Below are positions 1-10,526 of a stretch of 64,000 bases of DNA, piece by piece. Below the pieces are notes generated by a model. The model searched no databases. It worked only from the letters and a program-made list of their open reading frames with translations, and was not told the DNA's origin. The first letter of the stretch is position 1. Each line of letters opens with the position of its first letter. Source of the stretch: Polyangiales bacterium. GTDB lineage: Bacteria > Myxococcota_A > Polyangia > Polyangiales > Ga0077539. Both the position numbers and the translations under genes were made by a program. The stretch spans positions 96,001 through 160,000 of the forward strand of contig JBGARZ010000004.1 in NCBI GenBank assembly GCA_044229975.1, given 5' to 3'.

Positions 1-3000
1 TCGCTCGACGCGCTGGCCTCGCTGCTGGCCTCGGCCGAGCGCTGGGACGAGCTCGTGGTGGTGCTGCGAACGCGCGCCGACGCGGCCGCGACCGACGACG
101 CGCGGCGGGCCGATCTGGTGGCGGTGGCGAAGATCCAGGCCGACGCGCTGGGTCGCACCGACGACGCCATCGCGACGTGGCGGCAGGTGCGCGAGGCGTT
201 TGGCGAGGACGAGGCGGTGGTCGACGCGCTGTCGCTGCTGCTGGCGCGGGCCGAGCGCTGGCCCGAGCTGCTGGAGCTGCTCGACCGCGCGGGCGCGAGC
301 GAGTCCGACCCGACGCGGCGGGCGATGCTGCGGGCGCGGGCGGGCGACGTGTTTCGCGCGCGGGGTGACAGCCCCGACCAGGCGCTCACCGCATATCGGT
401 CGGCCCTCGACGACGCGCCGGGCCTCGAAGTGGCGCTCGCGGGGATGCGCGCGCTGCTGGAGGTCACGAGCACGCACGACGCGGCGACGAAGTCCCTCGA
501 AGGGGCGTTTCAGCGCACCGAGGACTGGGCCTCGCTGGTCGACCTCGTGGAGCACCGGCTCGCGGCGACGGCGGACGCGGGCGCGCGGCTGGAGGTGCTG
601 CGCGGGTCGGCCGCGGTGGCCGAACAGCAGCTGGGTGATCTGCACCGCGCGCTGAAGCTGGTGGCCCAGGGGCTGCCGCTGGCGGCGGGTCACGGCGCGG
701 AGCTCGGGCCGTGGGAGCAGGAGATCGATCGGCTCGCGGCGCAGGTGGGCGAGTGGCCGCTGGTTGCCGACGCCTACCGGGCGGCGAGGGACGCGCGGCC
801 CGACGCCGACGCCGACGCGCACCGGCTGGCGCTGCGGCTCGGGGAGATTCTCGAAGAGACGCTCGGTGACCGCGAAGGCGCGCTCGACGCGTTTGCGCGG
901 GTGGCGCGGGCCGATCGCTCCGATCTGCGGGCCGCGACGGCGACGGTGCGGGTGAGCGCGGCGTGCGGGCGGTGGGATCGGGCGGCCGAGGCGCTGGTCG
1001 CCACGAGCGGCGCGCTGGGTCGCATCGACGCGTCGCTGTCGGCGACCTTCGACGCGGCGGTGGAGGGCGGCGTCGACGCGCAGGGACAGTGGGCGTTGGC
1101 GCTCGACGCGGTGGACGCGGCGATGCACACGGCGGCGCTCTCCGACGCGCTGAAGGCGGCGTTGTTGACGTGGTCGGCCGTGCGGCACCAGCAGGGTCGC
1201 GGCGACCTCGACGCGGCGGAGGCGGCGCTCGGTCGGGCGGTGGCGCTCGACCGCGGCGACGTGGGTCGGCTCCAGCAGTACGCGGCGCTCCAGCGGAGGG
1301 CGCCGGGTCGCGCGCTGGTCGAGACGCTGCGCGCGCTGGTCGAGGCGCTGGGTGATGGGCCCGAGGCGCTGGGCGCGCTGCGCGAGGCGGCCGAGGTCGA
1401 GCTCGCGACGGGCGGCGATCGGGTGGTGGCGGGAGAGATCCTGCGGGCGCTCCTGGAGCGCAGCGCCGCGGCGTGGAAGCAGGGCGACGACGGGGCCGCG
1501 CGCGATCACACGACGTGGTCGATGCGGGCGCTGGTCGACCTGTCGGCGGCGGCGGGCGAGCACGAGTTCGCGGTGCAGCTCCTGAGCGCGGCGGCGAAGC
1601 ACCCGTTCTCGCCGGACGAGGCGCGTGCGTTGCAGTGCGAGGCGGCCGAGCGCTCGGCCCGCGATCTCCGTGATGCGCCGCGGGCCATCGCGATCTACGA
1701 GGGGCTGCGGGAGGAGGGGCGCGAAGACGCCGCGGTCATCGCGCGGCTGGCCGACCTCTACGACGCCGCCGACATGCGCGCCGAGCTGCTCGACCTGCGC
1801 CGCCACGAGCTGTCGCTCGCTGATGATCCCGCGCGTCGGCTCACGCTGCGCATGGACATCGCCCGCAACCAGCGCGCGCTCAGCGACGACGACGGCGCGC
1901 TCGCGACCTACAACGAAAACCTCGAAGAGCTCGCCGGGCACCCGGCCACCATCGCGGCGCTCACCGACCTGCTCGACGTGAAGCGGGCGCGCGAGCTGCA
2001 CACCATCCTCGTGGCGCAGGCGAAGACCCTCGACGCGTCGGGCAGCGAAGGCGCCGACGGGCTCTGGATGTCGGCCGCCCGCGTGGCCGAGCGCGACCTG
2101 CGCGACGAGGCCGCGGCCATCGACGGGTACGCCCGCATCGCGGCGCGCTCGGACGACCCGGCGGCCCTCGACGCGCTCGCGCGGCTGTACCTCGCGCGCA
2201 ACGAGCCGGCGACGGCGGCGGCGTACCTGGAGCGGCGCCTCGCGGGCGCGACCGGGGCCGAGCGCCGACCGGTGGTGGCCGCGCTGTCGCGGGTGTACGT
2301 GGCGAGCGGCGATCCCGACCGGGCGCGCGCGGTGCTCGAAGCCCAGCTCGCGAGCGGCGGTGACGCGGGCGAGCTGCGCGCCGACCTCGCCACCCTCTAC
2401 CGCGAGTCGGCCCGGTGGGAACCCCTCGCCGCCCTCCTCGCCGAGCCCGCCGACGGGGCCAACGCCTCGGCGGCCGATCTGCGCGAGGCCGCGGAGATCC
2501 TGCACCGTCGCCTCGGTGCACCCGAGCGCGCGGTTCCGGTGTTGGAGTCGGCCGTCGCGGCGTCGCCGGACGACCGCGGGCTGCGCATCGCCCTGGCTGA
2601 CGCGTTGCGCGCGGGCGGACGGCTCGACGAGGCGCGGGCCATCCTCGCGATGCTGCTCGAAGCGTACGGTCGGCAGCGTCCGCCGGAGCGCGCCCACGCC
2701 CACCACCAGCTGGCGCTCATCGCGCGGGCGCGCGGAGACCTTCCCGAGGCGCTCGCGCAGCTCGACCTCGCGTCGAGCATCGACCTCGGGCACGCCGGGG
2801 TCTACCGGCTGCTGGGCGAGCTCGCGCGCGAGGCGGGTCAGCTCGACCGGGCGGAGCGGGCGTTTCGCGCGCTGCTGCTCATCGTGCGGCGGCAGACGGC
2901 TCCGTCGGACGACATGCCGCGGCCGGCGGAGGTGTTGTTGGAGTTGTTCCGCATCGCGCGCGACCTGGGTCAGCACGACCGCGCGGCCGAGACGCTGGAG

Positions 3001-6000
3001 ACCGCCTTCGAGGTGGCCTCTCGCACCGACGAAGACGGCGTGCGCTTCGAGCGCGCGCTCAAGGCCGCGGGCGAGCACGAGGTGCTGCTTCGGGCGCTGC
3101 GCTCGCGGTTGGAGCGGGTGCGCGAGCCGATCGCCCGCGCCGCGGTGCTGGCCGACACGGCCGACCTCCTCGACGCGCACCTGGGTCGTCCCGCCGAGGC
3201 ACTCGACGGGTTGATCGAGGCGCTCGCCCTGCGCCCCCTCGATGCCAGGCTCCACGACGCCGCCCAGCGCATCGCGCGCGGGCTCGGTGAGGTCGCCCGC
3301 TACGAGACCGTGCTGCGCACCGCGCTCGACCGGGTGCGGGACACGGGCGACGCGGTGGCCACCGGGGCGCTGGCGCTGCGCTACGCCGAGCTGCGGACGC
3401 GCGACCTGGCCGACCCCGCTGGGGCGGTGGGCTTCTACGAAGAGGCGGCGTCGCTGGGTGATGACGCCGCGCGGGTGGCGGCGTGGGCGGGCCTCGACGA
3501 GGCGTACGCGGCGCTCGGCGACACGACGCGACGGGTGGAGGTGCTGCGACGGCTGACGGCCTTCGAGGGCGACTCGGCCCGCGCCTCGGCCTGGAACTTC
3601 GCCGCCCTCCTCCTCGCCTCCTCCAACGAAAACGATGTGGAGGAGGGCCTCACGTGGATCGCGTGGGTGCACGAGCGCGCGCCCGATCTGTCGCGCGCGG
3701 CGCGGCTGCTACAGACGGCGTCGGGGCGGTGGCCCGATCGCCCGTCGGTGCTCGACCTGTACGAGCGGGTGGCGCGCGAGGCGGGCGACAACGGCGCGCT
3801 GCTCGACGTGCTGGAGCGGCGCGCGGCGTCGCCCGAGGCGTCGTGGGAGACGCTGCACCAGGCGGTCGATCTCGCGGTGGAGGTGCAGGCCCACGAGCGG
3901 GCCGAGGCGCTGCTGCGTCGGGCCGTGACGCTGGGCGAGGCTCGCGATGAAGCGGCCGAGTCGACGTGGGCGATGGTGGCGCTGGCGAAGCAGCGCGAGG
4001 CGGCGGGCGACCCGGCAGAGGCGGTTCGCTGGCTGCGCGCGGCGGCGACGCAGTCGGAGCCCGACGAGGCGACGGCGCTGATGCTGCAAGTGGCGGCGCT
4101 GGCGGCTGGTCCGCTCAATGATCTGGCGCTGGCGGCGCGCACCTACGAGGCGCTGCACGCCAACGACCCGGGCAACCGGCTGGTGTGGGAGCCGTTGTTG
4201 ACGGTGTACCGCGGACTCGGCGACGAGGCGCGGCTCGAGGCGCTCATCGACGAGTCGGTGTCGCACGTCTTCAACCCCGCCGACCGCAACCACCTGCGCA
4301 TGGAGCGTGCGCGCATCCTGCTGGCGCGACCGGGCGGCGAGGAGGCGGCGATGGACGCCCTGCGCGCGCTGCTGGACGAGGACCCCGACGACACCGCGGC
4401 GACCACGATGCTGGCCGACCTCTACGAGCGCGCGGGGCGCAGCGAAGACCTGGCCGACCTGCTCTTCGCCCGCTTCGACAGCGCGCGCGAGCGGGGCGAC
4501 GCGGAGGGCACGCGGGTGCTGGGTCTGCGTCTCGCGGGGCTGCTCGCGCCGACGCGGCGGGAGGGCGCCGTGGACGTGCTGCGCAGCGCGCTGGAGGTGC
4601 TGCCCGACGACGTCGAGCTGCTGACGACGGCGCACGGGCTGCTCACCAGCGACGATCCCCCGGAGGAGCGCGCGGCGGTGATCGAGCGCCTGCTGGCCAG
4701 GCGCACCGGCGCGGAGGCGGCGCAGCTGGCGATGGCGCTGGCGGCGCTGCGCGATCAGGTGGGCGACGCGGAGGGCGTCGAGCGGGCGCTCGAAGCGGGC
4801 TTCGCGGCGATGCCGGGTGACGACACCATCCGCGAGCACCTCGAAGCGCGCTACCAGGCGCGGGAAGACCTCGGCGCGTTGGCGTCGCTGCGCGAGCGCT
4901 ACGGGCGTCAGCTCACCGATCCGGCGGCGCGGGCGGCGGCGCTGCGGAGCGCGGCGGCTCTTCATCGCGACACGCTGGGGCACGCGGCGCGGGCGGCGGC
5001 GCTCTTGCGCGAGGCGCGGGCGGACGCGCCGGACGACCTCGACCTGCTGGCCGAGTACGCGCGCACGCTGACGGCGGCGGGCGATGGCGCGGGGGCGATC
5101 GAGGTGGTGGGCGCGGCGGTCGAGGCGCAGGTCGGCGGCGAGTCGATGGTGGCGCCGCTGCTGCGGCTGCGGGCCGAGCTGCGCGGCGCGGCGGGCGACA
5201 GCGGCGGCGCGGTGGACGACCTCGAAGCGGCGTTTCTGCGGGTGGGCGATGTGCTGGCGGGGGAGTTTGCGGCGGCGCTCGATCGGCGGCGTCGGCTGGC
5301 GCTCGCGGAGGGCGACACCGAGGCGTCGCGGGCGGCGATGCTGCGGCTCACCGAGGTGCTCCCGCGCATCGGCCGCGTGGACGAGGGGACGACGCTGCTG
5401 GCGGAGTGGGTCACCGGGCAGCCCGATGACCTGGAGGCGCTGCGGCGCCTCGCGACGCTGCACGCCGAGGCGGGGCGCTGGGACGACGCGGCGGTGGGCT
5501 TCCACCGGCTGGTGTCGCTCGAACACGGCGAGGCGCGCGCGGACGCGGCGGTGCGGCTGGCGGATGCGTGCGCGGCGGCGGGTCGCCCGACGGACGCGCG
5601 TGATGGATTGCAGCGGGCGTACGACGCCGACCTGGGCAACGCGGTGCTGCGCGACCGGCTGCGGTTGCTCTACGAGACGATGGGTCTCTTCCACGAGGCG
5701 GCGAAGCTGTGGACCGACGCGGCCGAGCGCACGGAAGACCTGGGCGAGCGCTTCGATGGGTTCAAGCGCGCGGGCGAGGTGTTGTTGGACAACGCGGCCG
5801 AGCCGGCGCTGGCCATCGAGCCGCTGGCGCGGGCCCACGAGCTGCGCCCGACGGACCACGACGTGACGGTGCTGCTGGTCGACGCGTACACGTCGTCGCA
5901 GCGGCTGGAGGACGCGTCGTCGCTGCTCAACGCGGCCATCGCGACGCACAAGAACCGTCGCTCGAAGGAGCTCGCGACGTTGCAGCACCGCATGGGCCGG

Positions 6001-6333
6001 CTGGCCTACGCGGCGGGCGACCACGCGGTGGAGCTCGCGTGGCTCAACGCGGCGCTCGACACCGATCCGCAGAACGGCCAGGTCGCGGCGGAGCTCGCCG
6101 ACGTGGCGATGGAGCAGTCCAACTTCGACATCGCGCAGAAGGCGCTGCGGGCCATCGCGCTGATGAAGAACCCGGCGCCGATGAGCCGGGCGATGGCGTT
6201 CTTGCGGCAGGGCATGATCGCGCGGAGCCAGGGCGACCCCAAGAAGGCGGTGTTTCTGGCGAGGAAGGCGCTCTCCGAAGACGCCAACCTGGAGGAGGCG
6301 CGGACCTTCCTGCGGGAGATCGGCGCGGAGTAG
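1..6333 (+). CDS. Giant TPR/helical-repeat protein (AgmK-like gliding motility TPR protein), 5'-truncated by window edge
   Basis: Frame open from base 1; >2100 aa of TPR-like helix pairs (e.g. ALDALARLY, W..L..LY), typical of myxobacterial giant TPR proteins. Confidence 0.8.
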   Translation, partial: SLDALASLLASAERWDELVVVLRTRADAAATDDARRADLVAVAKIQADALGRTDDAIATWRQVREAFGEDEAVVDALSLLLARAERWPELLELLDRAGASESDPTRRAMLRARAGDVFRARGDSPDQALTAYRSALDDAPGLEVALAGMRALLEVTSTHDAATKSLEGAFQRTEDWASLVDLVEHRLAATADAGARLEVLRGSAAVAEQQLGDLHRALKLVAQGLPLAAGHGAELGPWEQEIDRLAAQVGEWPLVADAYRAARDARPDADADAHRLALRLGEILEETLGDREGALDAFARVARADRSDLRAATATVRVSAACGRWDRAAEALVATSGALGRIDASLSATFDAAVEGGVDAQGQWALALDAVDAAMHTAALSDALKAALLTWSAVRHQQGRGDLDAAEAALGRAVALDRGDVGRLQQYAALQRRAPGRALVETLRALVEALGDGPEALGALREAAEVELATGGDRVVAGEILRALLERSAAAWKQGDDGAARDHTTWSMRALVDLSAAAGEHEFAVQLLSAAAKHPFSPDEARALQCEAAERSARDLRDAPRAIAIYEGLREEGREDAAVIARLADLYDAADMRAELLDLRRHELSLADDPARRLTLRMDIARNQRALSDDDGALATYNENLEELAGHPATIAALTDLLDVKRARELHTILVAQAKTLDASGSEGADGLWMSAARVAERDLRDEAAAIDGYARIAARSDDPAALDALARLYLARNEPATAAAYLERRLAGATGAERRPVVAALSRVYVASGDPDRARAVLEAQLASGGDAGELRADLATLYRESARWEPLAALLAEPADGANASAADLREAAEILHRRLGAPERAVPVLESAVAASPDDRGLRIALADALRAGGRLDEARAILAMLLEAYGRQRPPERAHAHHQLALIARARGDLPEALAQLDLASSIDLGHAGVYRLLGELAREAGQLDRAERAFRALLLIVRRQTAPSDDMPRPAEVLLELFRIARDLGQHDRAAETLETAFEVASRTDEDGVRFERALKAAGEHEVLLRALRSRLERVREPIARAAVLADTADLLDAHLGRPAEALDGLIEALALRPLDARLHDAAQRIARGLGEVARYETVLRTALDRVRDTGDAVATGALALRYAELRTRDLADPAGAVGFYEEAASLGDDAARVAAWAGLDEAYAALGDTTRRVEVLRRLTAFEGDSARASAWNFAALLLASSNENDVEEGLTWIAWVHERAPDLSRAARLLQTASGRWPDRPSVLDLYERVAREAGDNGALLDVLERRAASPEASWETLHQAVDLAVEVQAHERAEALLRRAVTLGEARDEAAESTWAMVALAKQREAAGDPAEAVRWLRAAATQSEPDEATALMLQVAALAAGPLNDLALAARTYEALHANDPGNRLVWEPLLTVYRGLGDEARLEALIDESVSHVFNPADRNHLRMERARILLARPGGEEAAMDALRALLDEDPDDTAATTMLADLYERAGRSEDLADLLFARFDSARERGDAEGTRVLGLRLAGLLAPTRREGAVDVLRSALEVLPDDVELLTTAHGLLTSDDPPEERAAVIERLLARRTGAEAAQLAMALAALRDQVGDAEGVERALEAGFAAMPGDDTIREHLEARYQAREDLGALASLRERYGRQLTDPAARAAALRSAAALHRDTLGHAARAAALLREARADAPDDLDLLAEYARTLTAAGDGAGAIEVVGAAVEAQVGGESMVAPLLRLRAELRGAAGDSGGAVDDLEAAFLRVGDVLAGEFAAALDRRRRLALAEGDTEASRAAMLRLTEVLPRIGRVDEGTTLLAEWVTGQPDDLEALRRLATLHAEAGRWDDAAVGFHRLVSLEHGEARADAAVRLADACAAAGRPTDARDGLQRAYDADLGNAVLRDRLRLLYETMGLFHEAAKLWTDAAERTEDLGERFDGFKRAGEVLLDNAAEPALAIEPLARAHELRPTDHDVTVLLVDAYTSSQRLEDASSLLNAAIATHKNRRSKELATLQHRMGRLAYAAGDHAVELAWLNAALDTDPQNGQVAAELADVAMEQSNFDIAQKALRAIALMKNPAPMSRAMAFLRQGMIARSQGDPKKAVFLARKALSEDANLEEARTFLREIGAE

Positions 6334-6354
6334 CAGCGGGGCGTTGAGCCCGTC

Positions 6355-6585
6355 GGGCCGGAGTTCGCGTGCCCCCGTTGCAGGGGCGTGCAGTCGCTCA
6401 CTCCGGGCTATTTCAGGTGGTCACCTCGCTTCGCCAGGTTGCAGGGACTCACCACAGACCATGGATGGTCGACGGGTTGTCCGTTGAAACCAGCGCTGCA
6501 ACCTCGCGAAGCGAGGTGACCACCTGAAATAGCCCGGAGTGAGCGACTGCACGCCCCTGCAACGGGGGCACGCGAACTCCGGCCC
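6355..6585. repeat. Long palindromic REPIN/MITE-like element, family A copy 1
   Basis: 90-bp arms 6355-6444 and 6496-6585 with one mismatch, 51-nt loop; homologous copy at 43254-43529. Confidence 0.9.
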
Positions 6586-6592
6586 AGCGTCC

Positions 6593-7003
6593 TCAGCGCA
6601 GCTCGTACTCCATGACCTCGACGCCCAGTGCGCGGGCCATGGCCACCTCGCGGTGCGACTGCGGCCCGCCGCCCACCCGGATCAACACCTCCACCGCCGC
6701 GACAAACGCCGCGCTCTCGTCGCCCCACGCGCTCCCGACGATGACCCGCTCGTCGACGGCAAAGCACGGCAGCCCCGCCGCCCGCGAGCACGCGTAGCCC
6801 GCCGTCCGCCACCCCCGGCGCACCGCCTCGCGATACGCGATCGCCGGAACCCCCACGTCCGTCAGCCCCGCGACGAGCACCCGCGGCGCGCCCGGTCGCA
6901 CCGCCTCCGTCGCGTCGAGCGCAACCACGACGAGGCGCCTCGCCTCACCCTCGTCGAAGCACGGCCGCGAGTAGCCCACCACACCGATACGGAGCGCGTC
7001 CAT
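6593..7003 (-). CDS. Small SLOG-superfamily (LOG/DprA-like Rossmann) protein
   Basis: IGVVGYS, LVAGLT..GV, WGDES, IRVGGGPQSHRE...A..LG pattern of the SLOG fold. Confidence 0.6.
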   Translation of the reverse strand: MDALRIGVVGYSRPCFDEGEARRLVVVALDATEAVRPGAPRVLVAGLTDVGVPAIAYREAVRRGWRTAGYACSRAAGLPCFAVDERVIVGSAWGDESAAFVAAVEVLIRVGGGPQSHREVAMARALGVEVMEYELR

Positions 7004-7011
7004 CGCGTCGG

Positions 7012-7043
7012 AGTGTAGGACCCGCCCGCAGGAGTTGTACGCT
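7012..7043. promoter_or_regulatory. Divergent -10 elements (putative leaderless promoters)
   Basis: TACACT on minus strand (7012-7017) and TACGCT on plus strand (7038-7043), each 8 nt before an ATG. Confidence 0.5.
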
Positions 7044-7051
7044 GCGCCGCG

Positions 7052-9637
7052 ATGGCGGAACCCGCGCAGCCCCCAGTCGACACCCCGGTCGCGCGCGCCC
7101 GGGCATTGCTGGCAGCCGCGGAGGTGACGCCCGCCGAGGCGCTGTCACTCTCACGCGAGCTGATGAAGGCACGCGCGTTCTCGTGGGCGGGCGAGGTGCT
7201 CCGTCGCGCCGCGCTGCACCCCGACGCCGACGCCGCCACGCGACGAACGCTCGGGGTCAAGCGCGCCGTCTGCACGTACAAGGACGAGCGCCTCCCGACC
7301 CTCACGCGGCTCGATGCGGCCATGGTCATCCTCGCGGCGAGCGACCCGCCCGCCACCACCGAAGACCCGGAGACGCTCGGCGTCGCGGGGGCCATCGAGA
7401 AGCGCCGCTGGGAGGCCACCGCCAGCGTCGACGCGCTGGAGACCTCGCTCGAATACTATCGTCGCGGCGCTGCGATCAGCCGCGGGCGCGACGACGGGTA
7501 CACCGCCATCAACGCCGCCTACGTGCTCGACCTGCTCGCCGCGCGTGACGCTGCGGCTGCGGTGCGCGCGGGCCTCCCCGAGAGGGAGTCGGCGCGGGTC
7601 CGTCGCGCGGAGGCCAACGCCATCCGGCGCGAGGTCATCGCGGTGCTCGCCGATCGCGCGGCGAGCGCGAACTGGTGGGTGCTCGTCACGCTCGCCGAGG
7701 CGCACTTCGGCGTCGGGGAGTTCGCCGAGGCGAAGGCGTACGTCGACCGCGCGAGGGCCCTGCCGGGCGTGGCCCGCTGGCAGATGGAGTCGACGCTCAA
7801 GCAGTTTGCGTCGCTCGCGACGGCGCAGCGGGGTGACGGCGAGGGTGCCCTTCAGGCGCTCGGGGCGATGTTCGATGGCGACCCGGAGACGGTGCGCGCG
7901 GCGCTGCTGGGCAAGGTCGGGCTCGCGCTGTCGGGTGGTGGGTTCAGGGCGTCGTTCTTTCACCTGGGGGTGTTTGCGCGGCTCGCGGAGCTCGACCTCT
8001 TGCGACACATCGAGGTGCTCTCGTGCGTGTCGGGCGGCGCCATCGTCGGGGCGTACTACTACCTCGCGCTGCGGCGATTGCTGGAGTCCAGGGCCGACGA
8101 GGAGATCACCCGCGACGACTACGTGACGCTGGTCGCGACGATGGCGGAGGAGTTCTACGCGGGCGTCACCAGCAACGTGCGGATGACGGCCTTTGCGAGC
8201 CCGCGCTTGCAGGCGCGCATGGCCCTCGGGATGGAGGCCAACGTCACCGACCACGTCGCCACCCTCTACGAGCAGCACCTCTTCCGGCGCGTCGACGGCG
8301 TCGCGCGGCACCCGCTGCGGAGCCTCGGCGTACGACCCAAAGGGGAGCCCAACGACTTCGACCCGCGCTACGACAACTGGCTGCGGCGGCATCGTGTCCC
8401 GACGCTGGTGCTCAACGCGACGACGCTCAACACGGGGCACAACTGGCAGTTCACGGCCGGGTCCATGGGCGAGCCCGCGGGCAGCATCGACCCGGAGATC
8501 GACGCGAGCGAGCACCTCCGCCCGGTGGATCATGGCGAGGTTCCGAAGGGGGTGCGCGAGGTCACGCTGGCCGAGGCGGTGGCGGCGTCGGCGTGCGTGC
8601 CGGGTGTGCTCGACCCGCTGGAGGTGCGCGGGCTCTACCCCGACCGCACCGTCTTCCTCGTCGATGGCGGCGTCTACGACAACCAGGGCGTGAGCAGCTT
8701 GCTGGAGCAGGACGTCACGGTGCTGCTCGTGAGCGACGCGAGCGGACCGCTGGAAGACGGCTCCACGGCGCCGGCCAGCCCCCTCGCGGTGCCGCTGCGC
8801 TCCAGCGGAATCCTCCAGGCGCGCGTTCGCTCGGCGCAGTTTCGCGACCTGATGACCCGGCGTCGTTCGCTGCTCTTGCGGGGGTTGATGTTCGTTCACC
8901 TGAAGAAGGGGCTCGACGTGCTGCGGGTGGAGCCCTCCGACGTCGACGGGCCCGACGCCGAGGTGCCCGACGACGGCAGCGAGCTCACGGCGTACGGCGT
9001 GCGCAAGGACGTGCAGCGCGCGCTCGCGGGGATACGAACCGACCTCGATGCGTTCTCGGAGGCCGAGGCGTACGCGTTGATGACGAGCGGGTATCGGATG
9101 ACGGTGGCGGAGGTTCCGGCGAGCCTCGCGCACTTCCCCGCGTCGACGGCGCCGCCGCACGCGTGGAGCTTCCTGCGCATCGAGCCGATGACGTCGTGGG
9201 TGGGGCAGAAGCCCGCTGGCTTCGACGACTTCATGGAGCACCTCGACATCGCGAGCTCTGGGTTCTTCAAGGTGTGGCGGCAGTCGCTGGCGCTGAAGCT
9301 CACGGCGCGCTTCGCGTCGATCGTCGTCGCGGTGCTCGCGGCGCTCTACTGCGCGAGCCACTGGGACGACGCGGTGGTGTCGTTTCGCCCGACGGTGGGG
9401 CGGCTCACCATGATCGTGCTCACCCCCTTCGTCGTCGTGATGCTGCGCGCCATCTTCCAGGGGAGGCTGCCGCTGCGGTCGCGCTCGGGCTCGCTGTCGC
9501 AGGCCGGGACGCGCATGGCCCTCGGCGTGATCGGCGCCCTGTCGGCGCGCCTGTTCAAGCTCTTCGATCCGGTCTACCTCAGCTACGGTCGGCTCGATCG
9601 CTTCGTCGACCCAGCCCGGAAGGATCCACGCCCATGA
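7052..9637 (+). CDS. TPR-sensor (TRAF-binding-like) + patatin-like phospholipase with C-terminal TM helices
   Basis: N-terminal ETLGVAGAIEKRRW...YRRG...GYTAINAA; patatin LALSGGGFRA, CVSGG nucleophile, DGGVYDN; hydrophobic C-terminus. Confidence 0.85.
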   Translation: MAEPAQPPVDTPVARARALLAAAEVTPAEALSLSRELMKARAFSWAGEVLRRAALHPDADAATRRTLGVKRAVCTYKDERLPTLTRLDAAMVILAASDPPATTEDPETLGVAGAIEKRRWEATASVDALETSLEYYRRGAAISRGRDDGYTAINAAYVLDLLAARDAAAAVRAGLPERESARVRRAEANAIRREVIAVLADRAASANWWVLVTLAEAHFGVGEFAEAKAYVDRARALPGVARWQMESTLKQFASLATAQRGDGEGALQALGAMFDGDPETVRAALLGKVGLALSGGGFRASFFHLGVFARLAELDLLRHIEVLSCVSGGAIVGAYYYLALRRLLESRADEEITRDDYVTLVATMAEEFYAGVTSNVRMTAFASPRLQARMALGMEANVTDHVATLYEQHLFRRVDGVARHPLRSLGVRPKGEPNDFDPRYDNWLRRHRVPTLVLNATTLNTGHNWQFTAGSMGEPAGSIDPEIDASEHLRPVDHGEVPKGVREVTLAEAVAASACVPGVLDPLEVRGLYPDRTVFLVDGGVYDNQGVSSLLEQDVTVLLVSDASGPLEDGSTAPASPLAVPLRSSGILQARVRSAQFRDLMTRRRSLLLRGLMFVHLKKGLDVLRVEPSDVDGPDAEVPDDGSELTAYGVRKDVQRALAGIRTDLDAFSEAEAYALMTSGYRMTVAEVPASLAHFPASTAPPHAWSFLRIEPMTSWVGQKPAGFDDFMEHLDIASSGFFKVWRQSLALKLTARFASIVVAVLAALYCASHWDDAVVSFRPTVGRLTMIVLTPFVVVMLRAIFQGRLPLRSRSGSLSQAGTRMALGVIGALSARLFKLFDPVYLSYGRLDRFVDPARKDPRP

Positions 9638-10482
9638 GACCGTCGTTGCTTCTCTTCTGTCTGCCGCTCGTCGCGTGCACGGGCGGCAGCTCCATCGTGA
9701 ACAACGGTCGGGCCGACGCCGCGACCACGGACATCACCACGGCCGTCGACGTCCCTGCTGCGACCGACGCTGGCACCGGGACCGACGTCGCAGCGGACGT
9801 TCCCAACAGCGTCACCGCGACCATCGGCCCCGCGGGCGGAACCGTCACCTTCAACCCCGGCAACGGCGCCGACGTGGTGACGTTGACCTTCCCGCCAGGC
9901 GCGCTTCGCATGGCGACGCCCATCACCATCGCGCTCTCGCCGCAGGCCGCTCCGGGCAGCTTCACGGCGGTGAGCGGGATGTACCAGTTTGGTCCTTCGG
10001 GGCTACAGCTCGGGACGCCGGCGCGCGTCTCGTTTCAGCCGTCGCGCCCGGCCGACCTCGCGCAGATGGACATCCTCTGGTCGCCCACCGGGACGGGTGG
10101 CTTCGTCAGCGTGGGTGGCCGCGCGATGACCAACCTGATCGTCGCCGACATCCGTCACTTCAGCTTCGGCTTCGTCGGCCGCTCGAACGACGACGCGGGC
10201 GTGACGGCCTGCGAGGAGGGCTTCCAGCGCTGCGGCGCGGTGTGCGTCGACACGGGCTTCGACGAGGCCCGCTGCGGCTCGTGCGAGCAGGGCTGCGCCG
10301 CGGGTGACCTGTGCTTCGAGGGCCGCTGCTACAAGGAGGTCTGCACCGAGAGCCGCCTCGATTGCGACGGCAACCCCGCGAATGGATGCGAGGTGGACGC
10401 CACCGTCGACCCGACCAACTGCGGCGGCTGCGGCATCCGCTGCGACGGCGGTCAGTGTGTTGAAGGGGTGTGCGGGACGTAG
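9634..10482 (+). CDS. Lipoprotein with ZU5-like domain and Cys-rich repeats
   Basis: ATGA overlap with the patatin stop; lipobox LVAC; IGPAGG...FPPGAL...FGPSG...RHFS; CDG..NGCE..NCGGCG repeats. Confidence 0.75.
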   Translation: MRPSLLLFCLPLVACTGGSSIVNNGRADAATTDITTAVDVPAATDAGTGTDVAADVPNSVTATIGPAGGTVTFNPGNGADVVTLTFPPGALRMATPITIALSPQAAPGSFTAVSGMYQFGPSGLQLGTPARVSFQPSRPADLAQMDILWSPTGTGGFVSVGGRAMTNLIVADIRHFSFGFVGRSNDDAGVTACEEGFQRCGAVCVDTGFDEARCGSCEQGCAAGDLCFEGRCYKEVCTESRLDCDGNPANGCEVDATVDPTNCGGCGIRCDGGQCVEGVCGT

Positions 10483-10526
10483 AGGTAGTCGCTGGGGTTC
10501 GCGCGTTGGCGCTCATCCCAGCGCTC

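Noticed and set aside
3709..6024. Long antisense or alternate-frame ORFs (also 7151-9361, 11991-14666, 50259-53105 and most of 54099-57446)
   Set aside because: Arg/Ala/Pro-rich shadow frames of real genes in very GC-rich DNA; no recognisable motifs
6006..7018. ORFs starting MSDCTPLQRGHANSG on both strands
   Set aside because: Artefact of translating the two arms of the palindromic element
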